Of a stretch of 64,000 bases of DNA, positions 29,235 through 38,982 are shown piece by piece (the stretch's first letter is position 1; the number at the start of each line of letters is the position of its first letter). This stretch comes from a virus (Duplodnaviria; Caudoviricetes), in IMG/VR virus record IMGVR_UViG_3300036971_000130. One strand, written 5' to 3'. The translations under genes and the position numbers were made by a program. The notes under the pieces were generated by a model. It did no database searches. It had not been told where the DNA came from and was given only the letters and a program-made list of their open reading frames with translations.

Positions 29235-30097
29235 ACTTCTCCAACGAAGATGCTCCGGCCCTCTACTCGATGATGGTCGGAGACGGCTATTCCACCTTCT
29301 GGTACCTGGGGCGGTACAAGGGTCGTCTGATCCTCGGCTCCGGTGATCGGGTGCTCTGCATCTCCGAGCACAAGACCCGGCCGATGGCCGAGGTCGACGG
29401 CCGAGCCGTGGCTTACCGGTCCATGCCCGGCTTCCCGCTTCCGGGCAGCACCATCGACGGCTCCGAGGTTGTCGAGTGGCACACCGGGTTCTGTGTCACC
29501 GAGGACGGCGAGATCCACAAGAACATGGGGCTCCGCTACGACCTCTGGACCGATCTTCCGGCCGTGCCGACGGACTCGTCCACGAACCTGGCCCCCGGCG
29601 ATCTCTACTTCGACGAGAACGACGTGCTCATGGAGGTCATCGCTCTGACGAACCGTTCGATGAACGTCAAGCGGCACCCCTCCGACGGATGGACGATCGT
29701 TCCCCAGTCGGTCCGGGAGAAGGTCTCGGTCGATGACGCCATCGGGGTGCCCGGCCAGAGCGCTATGATTCGCAAGTCCATCATCATCGAAGCTGACTAC
29801 AACGAGCGTCGGTGGTTCTACATCCAGGGGCGTCTCTCGGAGTTCTCGTACGGGTCGTGGGTTCGGAACCGTCCTTCGTCGGGAACGAGGAACACCTACC
29901 GCCTGACCGAGCCGACCAAGGACATGACCCCGGAGATCCTCGCATCGGTCTACCCGTTCCTCGGCTTCGGTGGCGAGAAGGTCAACGGCATGGTCTTCCG
30001 TGACGGCGTGATCTCGTTCCGGGGCAACGACGACGAGGTGCTCTGGTCGGGTACCTTCCACGACCTGACTCGTGCCGACGGGTTCAGCGTCCGATGA
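29231..30097 (+). CDS. hypothetical protein
   Basis: Leaderless/coupled start, long ORF. Confidence 0.72.
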   Translation: MNFSNEDAPALYSMMVGDGYSTFWYLGRYKGRLILGSGDRVLCISEHKTRPMAEVDGRAVAYRSMPGFPLPGSTIDGSEVVEWHTGFCVTEDGEIHKNMGLRYDLWTDLPAVPTDSSTNLAPGDLYFDENDVLMEVIALTNRSMNVKRHPSDGWTIVPQSVREKVSVDDAIGVPGQSAMIRKSIIIEADYNERRWFYIQGRLSEFSYGSWVRNRPSSGTRNTYRLTEPTKDMTPEILASVYPFLGFGGEKVNGMVFRDGVISFRGNDDEVLWSGTFHDLTRADGFSVR

Positions 30098-30507
30098 GAC
30101 GTTGGCTACTGGTTCTGAGCCTGGTCGCTCTGGTGTCCTGCTCAGCCAACGACTCGACCAACCAACCGGACGAGACCACGACGACGGAAGCCCGGCCAAC
30201 CCAGGCCGAGACTCGGACGAGGGTCGACCTGGGCGAAAACTTCCCGATGGTCGCATCCGAGTGCGACGGCGACAACCGGGTGTACCTCGCTGCGAGCGGC
30301 GACAACATCGACATGTCGGTGATAGAGACCCACTACTCGTGCTGGGAAGCTCCCGAGAGCAGCGACCCGATGATCCTTCGGTTCGGAGAGTCGATGCCCA
30401 AGGTCATCGCTCGCTGCGACAACGGCAACAGGGTGTATGTGGCTGTTGGCGAGGATCAGAAGGCGAAGATGGTGGTCGTCAAGAACAACTACCGGTGCCA
30501 AGACTGA
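30094..30507 (+). CDS. putative lipoprotein with two CDxxNRVY repeats
   Basis: LVSC lipobox. Confidence 0.7.
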   Translation: MRRWLLVLSLVALVSCSANDSTNQPDETTTTEARPTQAETRTRVDLGENFPMVASECDGDNRVYLAASGDNIDMSVIETHYSCWEAPESSDPMILRFGESMPKVIARCDNGNRVYVAVGEDQKAKMVVVKNNYRCQD

Positions 30508-30569
30508 GCCACCCATGATGGGGGTGACACCGGCGACCGCTGGTGCATGACCCAACAAGGTGAGTTCAC

Positions 30570-30866
30570 ATGAAGACCCGCATCGCCCTCGCTCTCGTCA
30601 GCCTCCTGTTCGTCACGTCCTGTGCCGGGATGGACAAGGCCACGGAGCAGTACAAGGACGCTCCGAGGGGCAAGGCCGACAACTCGGCTGCGGACACGAT
30701 CAACTTCCCCGACGGCTTCTCCAACGTCGCCGTGAAGTGTGATGGCCCGAACCGGGTGTACGTTGCCTTCAAGGGCAACGACAACCGTGCAGCGATCGCT
30801 GTCGTCGGCAACGACGATCGTTGCCCGTGGGGTGAAGGCGTCACCACCACGACCACCGGGAACTGA
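30570..30866 (+). CDS. putative lipoprotein with one CDxxNRVY repeat
   Basis: VTSC lipobox; paralogous to previous. Confidence 0.7.
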   Translation: MKTRIALALVSLLFVTSCAGMDKATEQYKDAPRGKADNSAADTINFPDGFSNVAVKCDGPNRVYVAFKGNDNRAAIAVVGNDDRCPWGEGVTTTTTGN

Positions 30867-30972
30867 CGGTCTCGGGTCTTCGTGGCAGGGTGCTTGCGTC
30901 CTGATCGAAGATCATCTAATGTGTCGCACATCCCCCACCCCTACGTGACAGCCGCAAGGTGGTCCGTAGTTG

Positions 30973-31006
30973 AGAAGGCCCGGTCCCTCCCCCGACCGGG
31001 CCTTCT
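30973..31006 (+). terminator. hairpin terminator upstream of cas operon
   Basis: agaaggcccggtc/gaccgggccttct. Confidence 0.55.
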
Positions 31007-31218
31007 GCATTCCCAACCCATGATGGCGTTGGACCATGGATCTAGAACCCGCCTGATCGACATGGCTGCGTGATGGTGCTACGGTCCCATCTCCACGACA
31101 GGACGGAACCGACGATGGACCTGATGGATTACTTCATGGCTGCTCAGAACTCATCTGATGATGAGGGGTTCACGATCGTCGAAGGAGACGACGAGGGGTC
31201 GTCTGAGGGCACGCCCGA

Positions 31219-33288
31219 GTGAAAGCCCACTCTCCCAACCAGTTCGGTGAGTGGCATGACCTCACCGAACACCTCGAAGCGGTAGCGGTGTCAGCCGCAG
31301 CCTTCGGTGCTCCGTTCGGCCTCGGTGATGTGGCGTTCTGGGCTGGTCTCTGGCATGACGTGGGGAAGACCTCATGCGTCTTCCAGCAGTACCTCAGGGA
31401 CACGGTCACCCACGGCGATGCGAAAGCCCGTCTCATGCATCCGAAGCGGGGACACAAGGATCTCGGCACCTCGATGGCGTTCCGCAACTCGAAGATGTTC
31501 GAGGAAGGCGGAGATGTCTCGGTTGCGCTCTCGATCGAAGCTCACCACGGTGGCCTACCTGACTGGCCGGACTTCCATGGCCGCAAAGGTGCCAAGCTCA
31601 TCGAGATGTCGAAGGACGAGGCCCTGTTCGAGACGGTGAAGTCGGTCTTGTCGAAGCCGTCACCGACTTCCACGGTCCCGTTCCCGAAGCTTCAGTCGAG
31701 GATGGACTTCGAGATGATGGTCAGGTTCCTGACCTCGTGTCTCGTGGACGCCGACTACCTGGACACGTCCAGGCACTTCACGCCTCATCTCGCTGCCATG
31801 TCGAGCTACAAGGGCGACATCTCCCAGACGATCGGGCGCATTCGGCAGTTCGATGACCCGACGAGGCCGGTGGACATCCAGCGTGCGCTCTGGCGGGAAC
31901 GGGCGATCGGATCTGCCCGCCACTCCGCCAAGGGGATCTTCCGTCTGACTGGGCCGACTGGGATCGGCAAGACCGAAGGTGGCTTCGCTGCGGTTCTCGC
32001 TCACGCCGAGTCCCACAAGATGGACCGAGTCATCATCACGGTGCCGTACATGGCGATCACCGAGCAGACCGCTGACACGTTGCGCTCGATCTACGGCGAC
32101 GAGAACATCCTCGAACACCACTCGGGGGTGAGCGAGGCGAACGACACGCTACGTCGACGACTCACGTCCGAGCGTTGGGATGCCCCGGTCGTGGTGACCA
32201 CCACCGTGCAGTTGTTCGAGTCCCTGTTCTCCTGCGAGATCCCGAAGATCCGGAAGCTTCACCATCTCGCCAACAGCGTGATCGTGGTCGACGAACCCCA
32301 GACGATGCCGCCGCACCTGCTTCGCCAGATCCTCGATTCGCTGCGCTGGTTGGTCGAGCACGCCGGGTCCACTGTCGTCTTCCAGACAGCGACGCAGCCT
32401 TCGTTCGGCCTGCTCGATCCGGCGTTCGAGAACGTCCCGGAGTGGGGCACGAACGACATCCCGTCAACGATGCGCCGAGTCGAGTGGAACTTCCAGGACT
32501 GGTGGGATGACGACAAGATCGTCCGTGAGGTCGAGAAGCACGACCAGGTGCTCTGTATCGTGAACCAGGTTGTTGCCGCTCAACGGCTGGCGAAGTCGGT
32601 TCCTGGGGCCATGTGCCTGACGACCTCGAACCATCAACAGGACCGCCGGAAGACGATCGCTGAGATCAACCGTCGTCTCGCTGCCGGGGAGCCGTGCACG
32701 GTGTTCTCGACGCAGCTTGTCGAGGCTGGTGTCGACTTCGACTTCCCGGTCCTGTTCCGTTCGATGGCTCCGCTCACGTCGTTGACGCAGGCCGCTGGTC
32801 GCTGCAACCGTCACGGCAAGATCGAGCGTGGAACGGTGACGGTCTTCGAGCACATCGGGTGTCACGGTCCGTCTTCTCTGGTCGGAGCCACGGAACTGAC
32901 CAGGCAGATGATCAAGGCGGACAAGGACTTCGATCCGTTGGACACGAAGATCATCGACTTGTGGTACAGCCGCCTCTGGTCCTACGTGAACGCCGACGAA
33001 CATCCGATCGACAGGTCACGGAAGGCGCTGACGTACCGGGTGACCGACGATCTGTTCCGGATGATCGACGAGACCGTTCAGGTGGTCATCGACACTCCGG
33101 AGAGTCGGTCCGCCATGGACAGTGGTGACCACCGCAAGGTAGCTTCACTGACGGTGGCGATCCCACCGAAGATCGCTGCACAAGCAGCAAACCTCGGCCT
33201 TCTCATCGAAGAAGGCGACCATACGATCTGGGGTGGGAAGTACGACCCCGTGATCGGTCTGGTGAGACCTGAGACGGAAGACACATGA
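31219..33288 (+). CDS. cas3: CRISPR-associated nuclease/helicase Cas3 (type I-C)
   Basis: HD domain (EHL, HDVGK, HHGG, LVDADYLDT) + SF2 helicase (PTGIGKT, DEPQ, TQLVEAGVD, QAAGRCNR). Confidence 0.95.
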   Translation: MKAHSPNQFGEWHDLTEHLEAVAVSAAAFGAPFGLGDVAFWAGLWHDVGKTSCVFQQYLRDTVTHGDAKARLMHPKRGHKDLGTSMAFRNSKMFEEGGDVSVALSIEAHHGGLPDWPDFHGRKGAKLIEMSKDEALFETVKSVLSKPSPTSTVPFPKLQSRMDFEMMVRFLTSCLVDADYLDTSRHFTPHLAAMSSYKGDISQTIGRIRQFDDPTRPVDIQRALWRERAIGSARHSAKGIFRLTGPTGIGKTEGGFAAVLAHAESHKMDRVIITVPYMAITEQTADTLRSIYGDENILEHHSGVSEANDTLRRRLTSERWDAPVVVTTTVQLFESLFSCEIPKIRKLHHLANSVIVVDEPQTMPPHLLRQILDSLRWLVEHAGSTVVFQTATQPSFGLLDPAFENVPEWGTNDIPSTMRRVEWNFQDWWDDDKIVREVEKHDQVLCIVNQVVAAQRLAKSVPGAMCLTTSNHQQDRRKTIAEINRRLAAGEPCTVFSTQLVEAGVDFDFPVLFRSMAPLTSLTQAAGRCNRHGKIERGTVTVFEHIGCHGPSSLVGATELTRQMIKADKDFDPLDTKIIDLWYSRLWSYVNADEHPIDRSRKALTYRVTDDLFRMIDETVQVVIDTPESRSAMDSGDHRKVASLTVAIPPKIAAQAANLGLLIEEGDHTIWGGKYDPVIGLVRPETEDT

Positions 33289-33905
33289 CCATTGACGTTC
33301 GCATGAGTTCTGAGTACGCATGCTTCTCACGACCGGAGTTCCCGGCGGAGAAGACCTCGTATCCGATCATCACCCCTCCCGCTGCTGTCGGAGCGATCTC
33401 GGCGGTCTTCTGGAAGCCCGAGTTCATGTGGAAGGTCCGTTCCGTGAAGCTTCTGGCCGAGCCGGAATGGATGACCTACCGGATCAACGGCGTGAAGGAG
33501 AAGCTCCCGGTCGGGCGCATCACCGACACCTTCGGGCAGATCGACGCCATCGCCAGTCAGACCCAGATCGGCCATCTCGTACTGGTGAAGCCAGCGTACG
33601 AGGTGACCTTCGACATCACCCTGAAGCCGTGGGCGACGAAGTCGAAGTTGGCGTACTTCGATCAGGCGCAACGACGACTCGATCGAGGGGCCTTCTTCAA
33701 GCCTCCGTACCTCGGGATGCGTGAGCACATGGCGGAGGTCGAACCTGGCACCGGTGAGGCCCCGGTCGCCTTCACCTTGCCGGTTGGTCCGATGGTCCAC
33801 TCGTACGAGTTCGACGCTGACGGGAACGTCTCGAAGACCCGCTTCTTCGATGCTAAGATCATCAACGGCGTGATGGATGTTCCGGATCGTGGTACCGCCC
33901 AGTGA
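33285..33905 (+). CDS. cas5: type I-C Cas5 (Cas5d)
   Basis: ACFSRPE...SY.IITP.AA.G...AVFWKP; PYLG.RE. Confidence 0.93.
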   Translation: MTIDVRMSSEYACFSRPEFPAEKTSYPIITPPAAVGAISAVFWKPEFMWKVRSVKLLAEPEWMTYRINGVKEKLPVGRITDTFGQIDAIASQTQIGHLVLVKPAYEVTFDITLKPWATKSKLAYFDQAQRRLDRGAFFKPPYLGMREHMAEVEPGTGEAPVAFTLPVGPMVHSYEFDADGNVSKTRFFDAKIINGVMDVPDRGTAQ

Positions 33906-35527
33906 CGATCTACCGTGACCTCGTGGCGTGGACCCACACCGACGAAGGCAGAGAAGTCGCAGGTGAGACCCAGATCGGGTTCAAGCTGAAGACCCTCTCC
34001 GGGATCATCCACATCGAGTCCGCTCCTGATGGGGCGATCAAGGGCACTCCGACGATGACCTTCATCGACCCCGATGAGAAGGTCAGGGCGCTGATGCCTC
34101 ACGTCAAGAGGTCCGTGAACGTGGAGCCCGCTCTCGGTGACGACACCGTCGACTACCTGTTCGGTGGCTTCGTGCCGATGCCGAACGACTCTGAGGCGAA
34201 GATCAGCCGAGGGGCGGAACGGGCCGAGAAGCTTCACGAAGCTGCCGTAGCCCTCGCCCGCCGGTGGTCCGACGAGACCGACTCACCGATCGCCCGTACC
34301 GTCGTCGACTTCATGGAGGGCGACTGGGGGTTCGATCTCACGAACACCAAGAGCCGCTCGAACCCGTACCGACTGGTCGTGAACGGCGAAGTCGTGACCG
34401 AGACGGCCGAGTTCCGGACCTGGTGGTCCGACTACATGAGCCGGGATCTCGACACCGGGATCTGCTGGGCGTGTGACCGTGAAGCGAAGCTCGTGAGGCT
34501 GCTCACCCAGGTGACGATCCCTGGTGCCAGCACGACCGGCACGACCCTGTCGACGATCGACAAGACCTACGCCGAATCCTGGGGTCGCAAGGCCGCAGCC
34601 GACATCTGCGTCGACTGCGACAGCAGGATCAGCAAGGCGATCACCGGTCTGGCCCGAAGCAGAGACCACCAGCGCATCGTCGGTGGTCGAGTCATCCTCT
34701 GGTGGTCGATGAACCACGTCACCGAGTCGTTGATCCCGAACCTGATCTCCGGCGACCTCAGCTTCGGTGATCTCGTGAAGATGGCTGAGAACGGCCTCGG
34801 CGGGAACACGGACTTGGACGCACTACATGTCCTGGTCCTGAAGCCGAACGCTGGTCGCACCTCGATCTACGGGTATCAGACGATCACGTTCGAGCAGATG
34901 GTCGACAGGTTCGCTGAATGGTCTGAGATCGCCACTGTCGACGAGGTCAACTACCCGCTGTGGAAGATCGCCAAAGCGATCCCGACCAACGGCACGTCAG
35001 ATCCTCTCCCTGGCCGGTTCGAGGCCGAGATGTTGACGTGGATCATGTCCATGTCGAAGGGGTTCGAGATCAACCCTGCCGTCATCCGGCGCATCCAGAA
35101 CTTCGACCCGAAGCCTCTGACGGGACCGGAGATCATCCTCCTGAACGCCTACCTGAAGGACACCATGAACGAGCAAGCCGAGAAGTGGGGCGAGATGTTC
35201 TTCCTCTACGCCCAAGCTTCCTTCCGGGCGAACGGATCTGACCGCACGATCCTGAGCCGGTATCGCATGGCGATGAGGAACCCTCGTCGAGCGATGGTGG
35301 TGCTCGAACCTGGGTTCCAGCGGAATCTTCAGACGGCTCTCAGCCGAGGACGACCGTCCACGTTCCTCGCCAAGCGGATGGCGGAACTGTCGATCGACCT
35401 AGGTGAACTCCCATCGAACGCCGATGAGCGTTTCCAGTCAGCGTTCGTCCTCGGATTCCACTCCGCCAAGCACGCCCACTTCCAGTACATCCAGCAGAAG
35501 GACTCCACTGATGACCTCCCCGAATGA
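33902..35527 (+). CDS. cas8c: type I-C large subunit Cas8c/Csd1
   Basis: Position between cas5 and cas7; L.D..DY, CxxC pairs, ESWG, L.PNAGR, C-terminal F.LGF. Confidence 0.85.
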   Translation: MTIYRDLVAWTHTDEGREVAGETQIGFKLKTLSGIIHIESAPDGAIKGTPTMTFIDPDEKVRALMPHVKRSVNVEPALGDDTVDYLFGGFVPMPNDSEAKISRGAERAEKLHEAAVALARRWSDETDSPIARTVVDFMEGDWGFDLTNTKSRSNPYRLVVNGEVVTETAEFRTWWSDYMSRDLDTGICWACDREAKLVRLLTQVTIPGASTTGTTLSTIDKTYAESWGRKAAADICVDCDSRISKAITGLARSRDHQRIVGGRVILWWSMNHVTESLIPNLISGDLSFGDLVKMAENGLGGNTDLDALHVLVLKPNAGRTSIYGYQTITFEQMVDRFAEWSEIATVDEVNYPLWKIAKAIPTNGTSDPLPGRFEAEMLTWIMSMSKGFEINPAVIRRIQNFDPKPLTGPEIILLNAYLKDTMNEQAEKWGEMFFLYAQASFRANGSDRTILSRYRMAMRNPRRAMVVLEPGFQRNLQTALSRGRPSTFLAKRMAELSIDLGELPSNADERFQSAFVLGFHSAKHAHFQYIQQKDSTDDLPE

Positions 35528-36362
35528 CCCGACTGTCCGCCACGACTTCACCTTGCTGGTGGAGGCCGTCGACGCCAACCCGAACGGTGACCCGGATCTC
35601 GACAACGAGCCCCGCCGTGATCCGACGACCGGCCACGGGCTCATCACCGACGTGTCCGTGAAGCGTCGCCTCCGTGACTTCGTCCTCGTCGCCAAGGACG
35701 GTGACGACAGGTTCGACATCCAGGTGAAGCGAGGGCAGGCCCTCAACACGATCTCCGAGGAAGCTCGGGCAGCGATCCCGGAGAAGGCCGAGGACCGGGC
35801 CGAGAAGATCGTCGAGTGGCTTCAGAACCGCTACTTCGACATCCGGATGTTCGGCGCTGTCCTCGGAACCGGCAACGCCAAGCCGAGGCTCCCGAGCCTC
35901 ACCGGCCCTGTCCAGATCGGCATGGGGCGCTCCGTCGACCCGATCGAGACCTACGACATCTGCATCACCCGTCTGGTCGTCACCGACGAGAAGGACAAGG
36001 AGAAGGAGCAGACGATGGGCCGCAAGTGGGTGACCCCGTACGGTCTCTACGTCGTCCACGGCACCTACTCCGGCATCCTCGGTGCGAAGTCGGGTGTCAC
36101 CGAAGAAGACCTCGACTGCATGTGGCAGGGTCTCTCCGGTCCCATGTTCGACCTGGCAGCGTCGACCTCGAAGTTCGGTGTCTCGACTCGTGGCCTCATC
36201 GTCCACTCGCACGAGACCCCGATGGGCAACGCTTCCCGTGCCGCTGTCCAGGCGACCACGAAGATCACCCCGAACCACGATGGCGCTCCCCGATCCTTCG
36301 AGGACTACACCATCACCTTCGAAGACATGCCGTCGAAGGTGACCCGGACGATTCTCGTCTGA
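35511..36362 (+). CDS. cas7: type I-C Cas7/Csd2
   Basis: NPNGDPD.DNEPR, TDVS.KR..RD, FDIRMFGAV, GPVQ, TMGRK. Confidence 0.95.
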   Translation: MTSPNDPTVRHDFTLLVEAVDANPNGDPDLDNEPRRDPTTGHGLITDVSVKRRLRDFVLVAKDGDDRFDIQVKRGQALNTISEEARAAIPEKAEDRAEKIVEWLQNRYFDIRMFGAVLGTGNAKPRLPSLTGPVQIGMGRSVDPIETYDICITRLVVTDEKDKEKEQTMGRKWVTPYGLYVVHGTYSGILGAKSGVTEEDLDCMWQGLSGPMFDLAASTSKFGVSTRGLIVHSHETPMGNASRAAVQATTKITPNHDGAPRSFEDYTITFEDMPSKVTRTILV

Positions 36363-36514
36363 GTTGCGAGAGGTCCGATGACGACCCGACCGTTCACCGC
36401 ACCACCCCAGATCACAGACCTGCTGGTGAGGCAGATGATCAGTGAATCAGGGACCTCTCGCAACAACGGTCGTTCCCGCAGGTCAGAGATGACCGAAACC
36501 AGGAACGGTCGAAA
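36363..36514 (+). promoter_or_regulatory. CRISPR leader-like region
   Basis: 14-bp inverted repeat 36363-36376/36451-36464 and GCAGGTCAG motif between cas7 and first repeat. Confidence 0.55.
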
Positions 36515-36774
36515 CGCCGTCTACGGACGGCGAGGATTTCAACGGACGGCGAGGATCGGAACATCATCACGTCGATGCGACCGAGTCGCATTGCGCCGTC
36601 ACCAGACGGCGAGAATCGCAACAAGCCATCTGCCTCCGCAAGAGGTCCCGTCCCTACCGGGGCGGGAGAATTGGAACTACCCTGCCGAATCCACGTCGTC
36701 ACCAGGCGACGAGAATCGAAACATGGACCATGTCAACCCACTGTCCGCCGTCTCCGGGCGGCGAGGATCGCAAC
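36515..36774 (+). CRISPR. degenerate type I-C mini-array: 5 hairpin repeats + 1 half repeat, short spacers
   Basis: Units of 7-8 bp hairpin + 11-nt AG(G/A)AT(C/T)NNAAC tail at 36515, 36594, 36647, 36694, 36746; half repeat 36544-36562. Confidence 0.8.
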
Positions 36775-36962
36775 ACCGACGGCAGGGACCACGAGAAGGA
36801 GACGATCGGCAGCCGGGACATCCCCGGTTACCGCCCAGTCAAGGTGGCCGACGACGAGGACGAGGACGAGGTGCTGGACGCCATCGGCCCCATCAGCATC
36901 CACGACCTGATCAACCAGTTCTTCGGCTGACGCCCGGTCAGATCCTCGATCTGACGTTTCGC

Positions 36963-36998
36963 ACGACGACCCCGGACGCTATGTTCGGGGTCGTCGTC
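36963..36998 (+). terminator. hairpin closing the CRISPR transcript
   Basis: acgacgaccccggac/gttcggggtcgtcgt. Confidence 0.55.
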
Positions 36999-37112
36999 GT
37001 TCACCACCCATGATGGGTGTGCACCATTCGCATCAACCAAGAGAGCCCGAAATCCAGACATAGCGCCCAGGCGGGGACATACCACCCATGATGGGTGGAG
37101 GAAAGCATCACC

Positions 37113-37916
37113 ATGAGCATCACCAAAGAGCGAGTCCCCATCAACCAAACACCCGTCGGACCACCGGAGTACCTCTCCCACTCGTCGCTGTCCGCCTACG
37201 ACTTCTGCCCCGAATCCTGGTGGCTCTCGAAGGTGGCGCACGTCGAATCGGAGGTCAGGGGCTCCGACATGGTCGGTCAGGCGATCCACCGTGTCTCGGA
37301 GACCGCCGGAACCGAAGAAGACGCAGAGAAGGTCATCGAGGACATCCTCGCCAGCACCGACGACGATGCAGTCGTCAGCGACTTCGAGGATGTCCTCCGG
37401 TCGGTGATGAACTGGGACATGACGAACCCGTTGGACAAGAGGGCCGAGACCGAGGTCCCGATCCACGGAACGATCGCCGGGTACCGGCTGCGAGGTGAGA
37501 TCGACTCCATCGTCGATGATCCGGACGGATGCCGTGTTATCGAGGATCTGAAGACCACGAAGCGTCTTCCCACGCCGGTCTCGAAGCTCGGGTACGGGGA
37601 CAACGAGTCCGATCCGATCTACGCCGCTCGGGTGACTCGCCAGGTGATGATCTACGCCCTGATGGCCCGATCGAACGGGCAGCGGATCGACAAGGTGAGG
37701 ATGCTGTACCCTCGGTACCAGCACGTCATCGAGGTGGACCTCAGGACGGAACGTGGGAAGAACCTCCTGATCGAAGCGGAACGCTTCGTCAAGGACAACG
37801 CTGACCGCATCAAGCGTTCGTGCCTCGAAGGTCGTGTGGTCGCAACCCCGACTCCTAGGAAGTGCGACTCGTGCAACGTGCGCCAGCACTGCACTGCCTC
37901 GATGGCATCGACCTAA
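37113..37916 (+). CDS. PD-(D/E)XK exonuclease, RecB/Cas4-like, with Fe-S Cys motif
   Basis: LSHSS...CP, G..IH, GEID, DLKT, Q..IY, CxxC....C. Confidence 0.85.
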   Translation: MSITKERVPINQTPVGPPEYLSHSSLSAYDFCPESWWLSKVAHVESEVRGSDMVGQAIHRVSETAGTEEDAEKVIEDILASTDDDAVVSDFEDVLRSVMNWDMTNPLDKRAETEVPIHGTIAGYRLRGEIDSIVDDPDGCRVIEDLKTTKRLPTPVSKLGYGDNESDPIYAARVTRQVMIYALMARSNGQRIDKVRMLYPRYQHVIEVDLRTERGKNLLIEAERFVKDNADRIKRSCLEGRVVATPTPRKCDSCNVRQHCTASMAST

Positions 37917-38236
37917 CCCAGAAGGAACGCCCATGAAGATCCCCGAAGCAACGCCTCGCTCGGTTCTGTGCGGGTCGGTCGGTGAACGAAAGCGCATCGC
38001 CATGCTGACGCTCTTGGCTGCGAACCCGAACGCTGTGGTCCTGAACCCAAGACCATGGACCTGACCCGGTAGCTCGGGTATGGTGGGCGGTCCGACTACC
38101 ACACCAAGGAATTCCATGTCTCCATCGACCGGTTACGCCGTCGGCATGTCTGGCCTCGCAAACTGACGGCGGTCCTCTACCGTCCAGTTGACCGGTGTGG
38201 CTATACTCGATTCACTCCCGACGGAAGGCATTCGAG

Positions 38237-38431
38237 ATGGCTGACAAGGAACAGAAGCAGCAGGAGGTCCAAGACTTCCTGGAAGGCAACGGTCGCTACA
38301 TCGTCACCGGGTTCGCCATCCTGATCGCCTTGGGTCTCGCCTGGACGGTCATCGACACAGGGATCGTCCTGTTCGTCGTGCTCGTGGCGATCGGAGCGAT
38401 GGCCTGGTACGTGTGGGGGACCAAGGAATGA
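38237..38431 (+). CDS. small 2-TM membrane protein
   Basis: Hydrophobic, coupled to NERD gene. Confidence 0.6.
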   Translation: MADKEQKQQEVQDFLEGNGRYIVTGFAILIALGLAWTVIDTGIVLFVVLVAIGAMAWYVWGTKE

Positions 38432-38982
38432 CGATGAACGTGCTCGGCAAGGTCGCCGGGTCCCTCAACGACAAGTCCGCTCGGAAGTGGGCGAAGAACG
38501 ACAAGGTCATCGAGGCTGGTGCCCGAGGCGAAGCCCGTACTGCCGATGCGCTCCTGAACGGGCGTGACGGAACCATCATGCACGACATGAGGATTCCTGG
38601 TGAGCGAGCCAACATCGACCACATCGTCGTGTCCGGCAACAAGGTCTGGCTCATCGACTCGAAGTGGTGGAAGGGCGGTCGGTACATGACCGTCTTCGGG
38701 AAGACCTACCGTGGCTTCACCCGTGTCCCCCACACCGAGAAGGACACGATGGCTCGGGCCTACGAGAAGGTCGAACGCCACCTGCACGAGAAGGGGGTCG
38801 ACTTCGACTTGCAGACGCCGATCATCGTCGTCTGGTCGCATGAGCCTCTGAAGCTCGGTCTCGCCAAGATCCCCGGTGCTCGCCTCATCGCAGGCGGCAG
38901 CTTCCGTGGTCAGGCCAGGAAGCTGTTCAAGGCCGACGCCAACAACGAGATCATCGACGCCCTGAGGGAACTCGTGATCTGA
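38428..38982 (+). CDS. NERD nuclease-related domain protein
   Basis: GARGE, HD, NIDHIVV, IDSK.W.G. Confidence 0.82.
   Translation: MTMNVLGKVAGSLNDKSARKWAKNDKVIEAGARGEARTADALLNGRDGTIMHDMRIPGERANIDHIVVSGNKVWLIDSKWWKGGRYMTVFGKTYRGFTRVPHTEKDTMARAYEKVERHLHEKGVDFDLQTPIIVVWSHEPLKLGLAKIPGARLIAGGSFRGQARKLFKADANNEIIDALRELVI

Noticed and set aside
36563-36745. Self-targeting by spacers: TGGACCATG also at ~31030 upstream of cas3; CATCTGCCTC complementary to leader 36428-36437
   Set aside because: Only 9-10 nt, seed mismatches and no TTC PAM; compatible with chance, though worth including in a systematic search.
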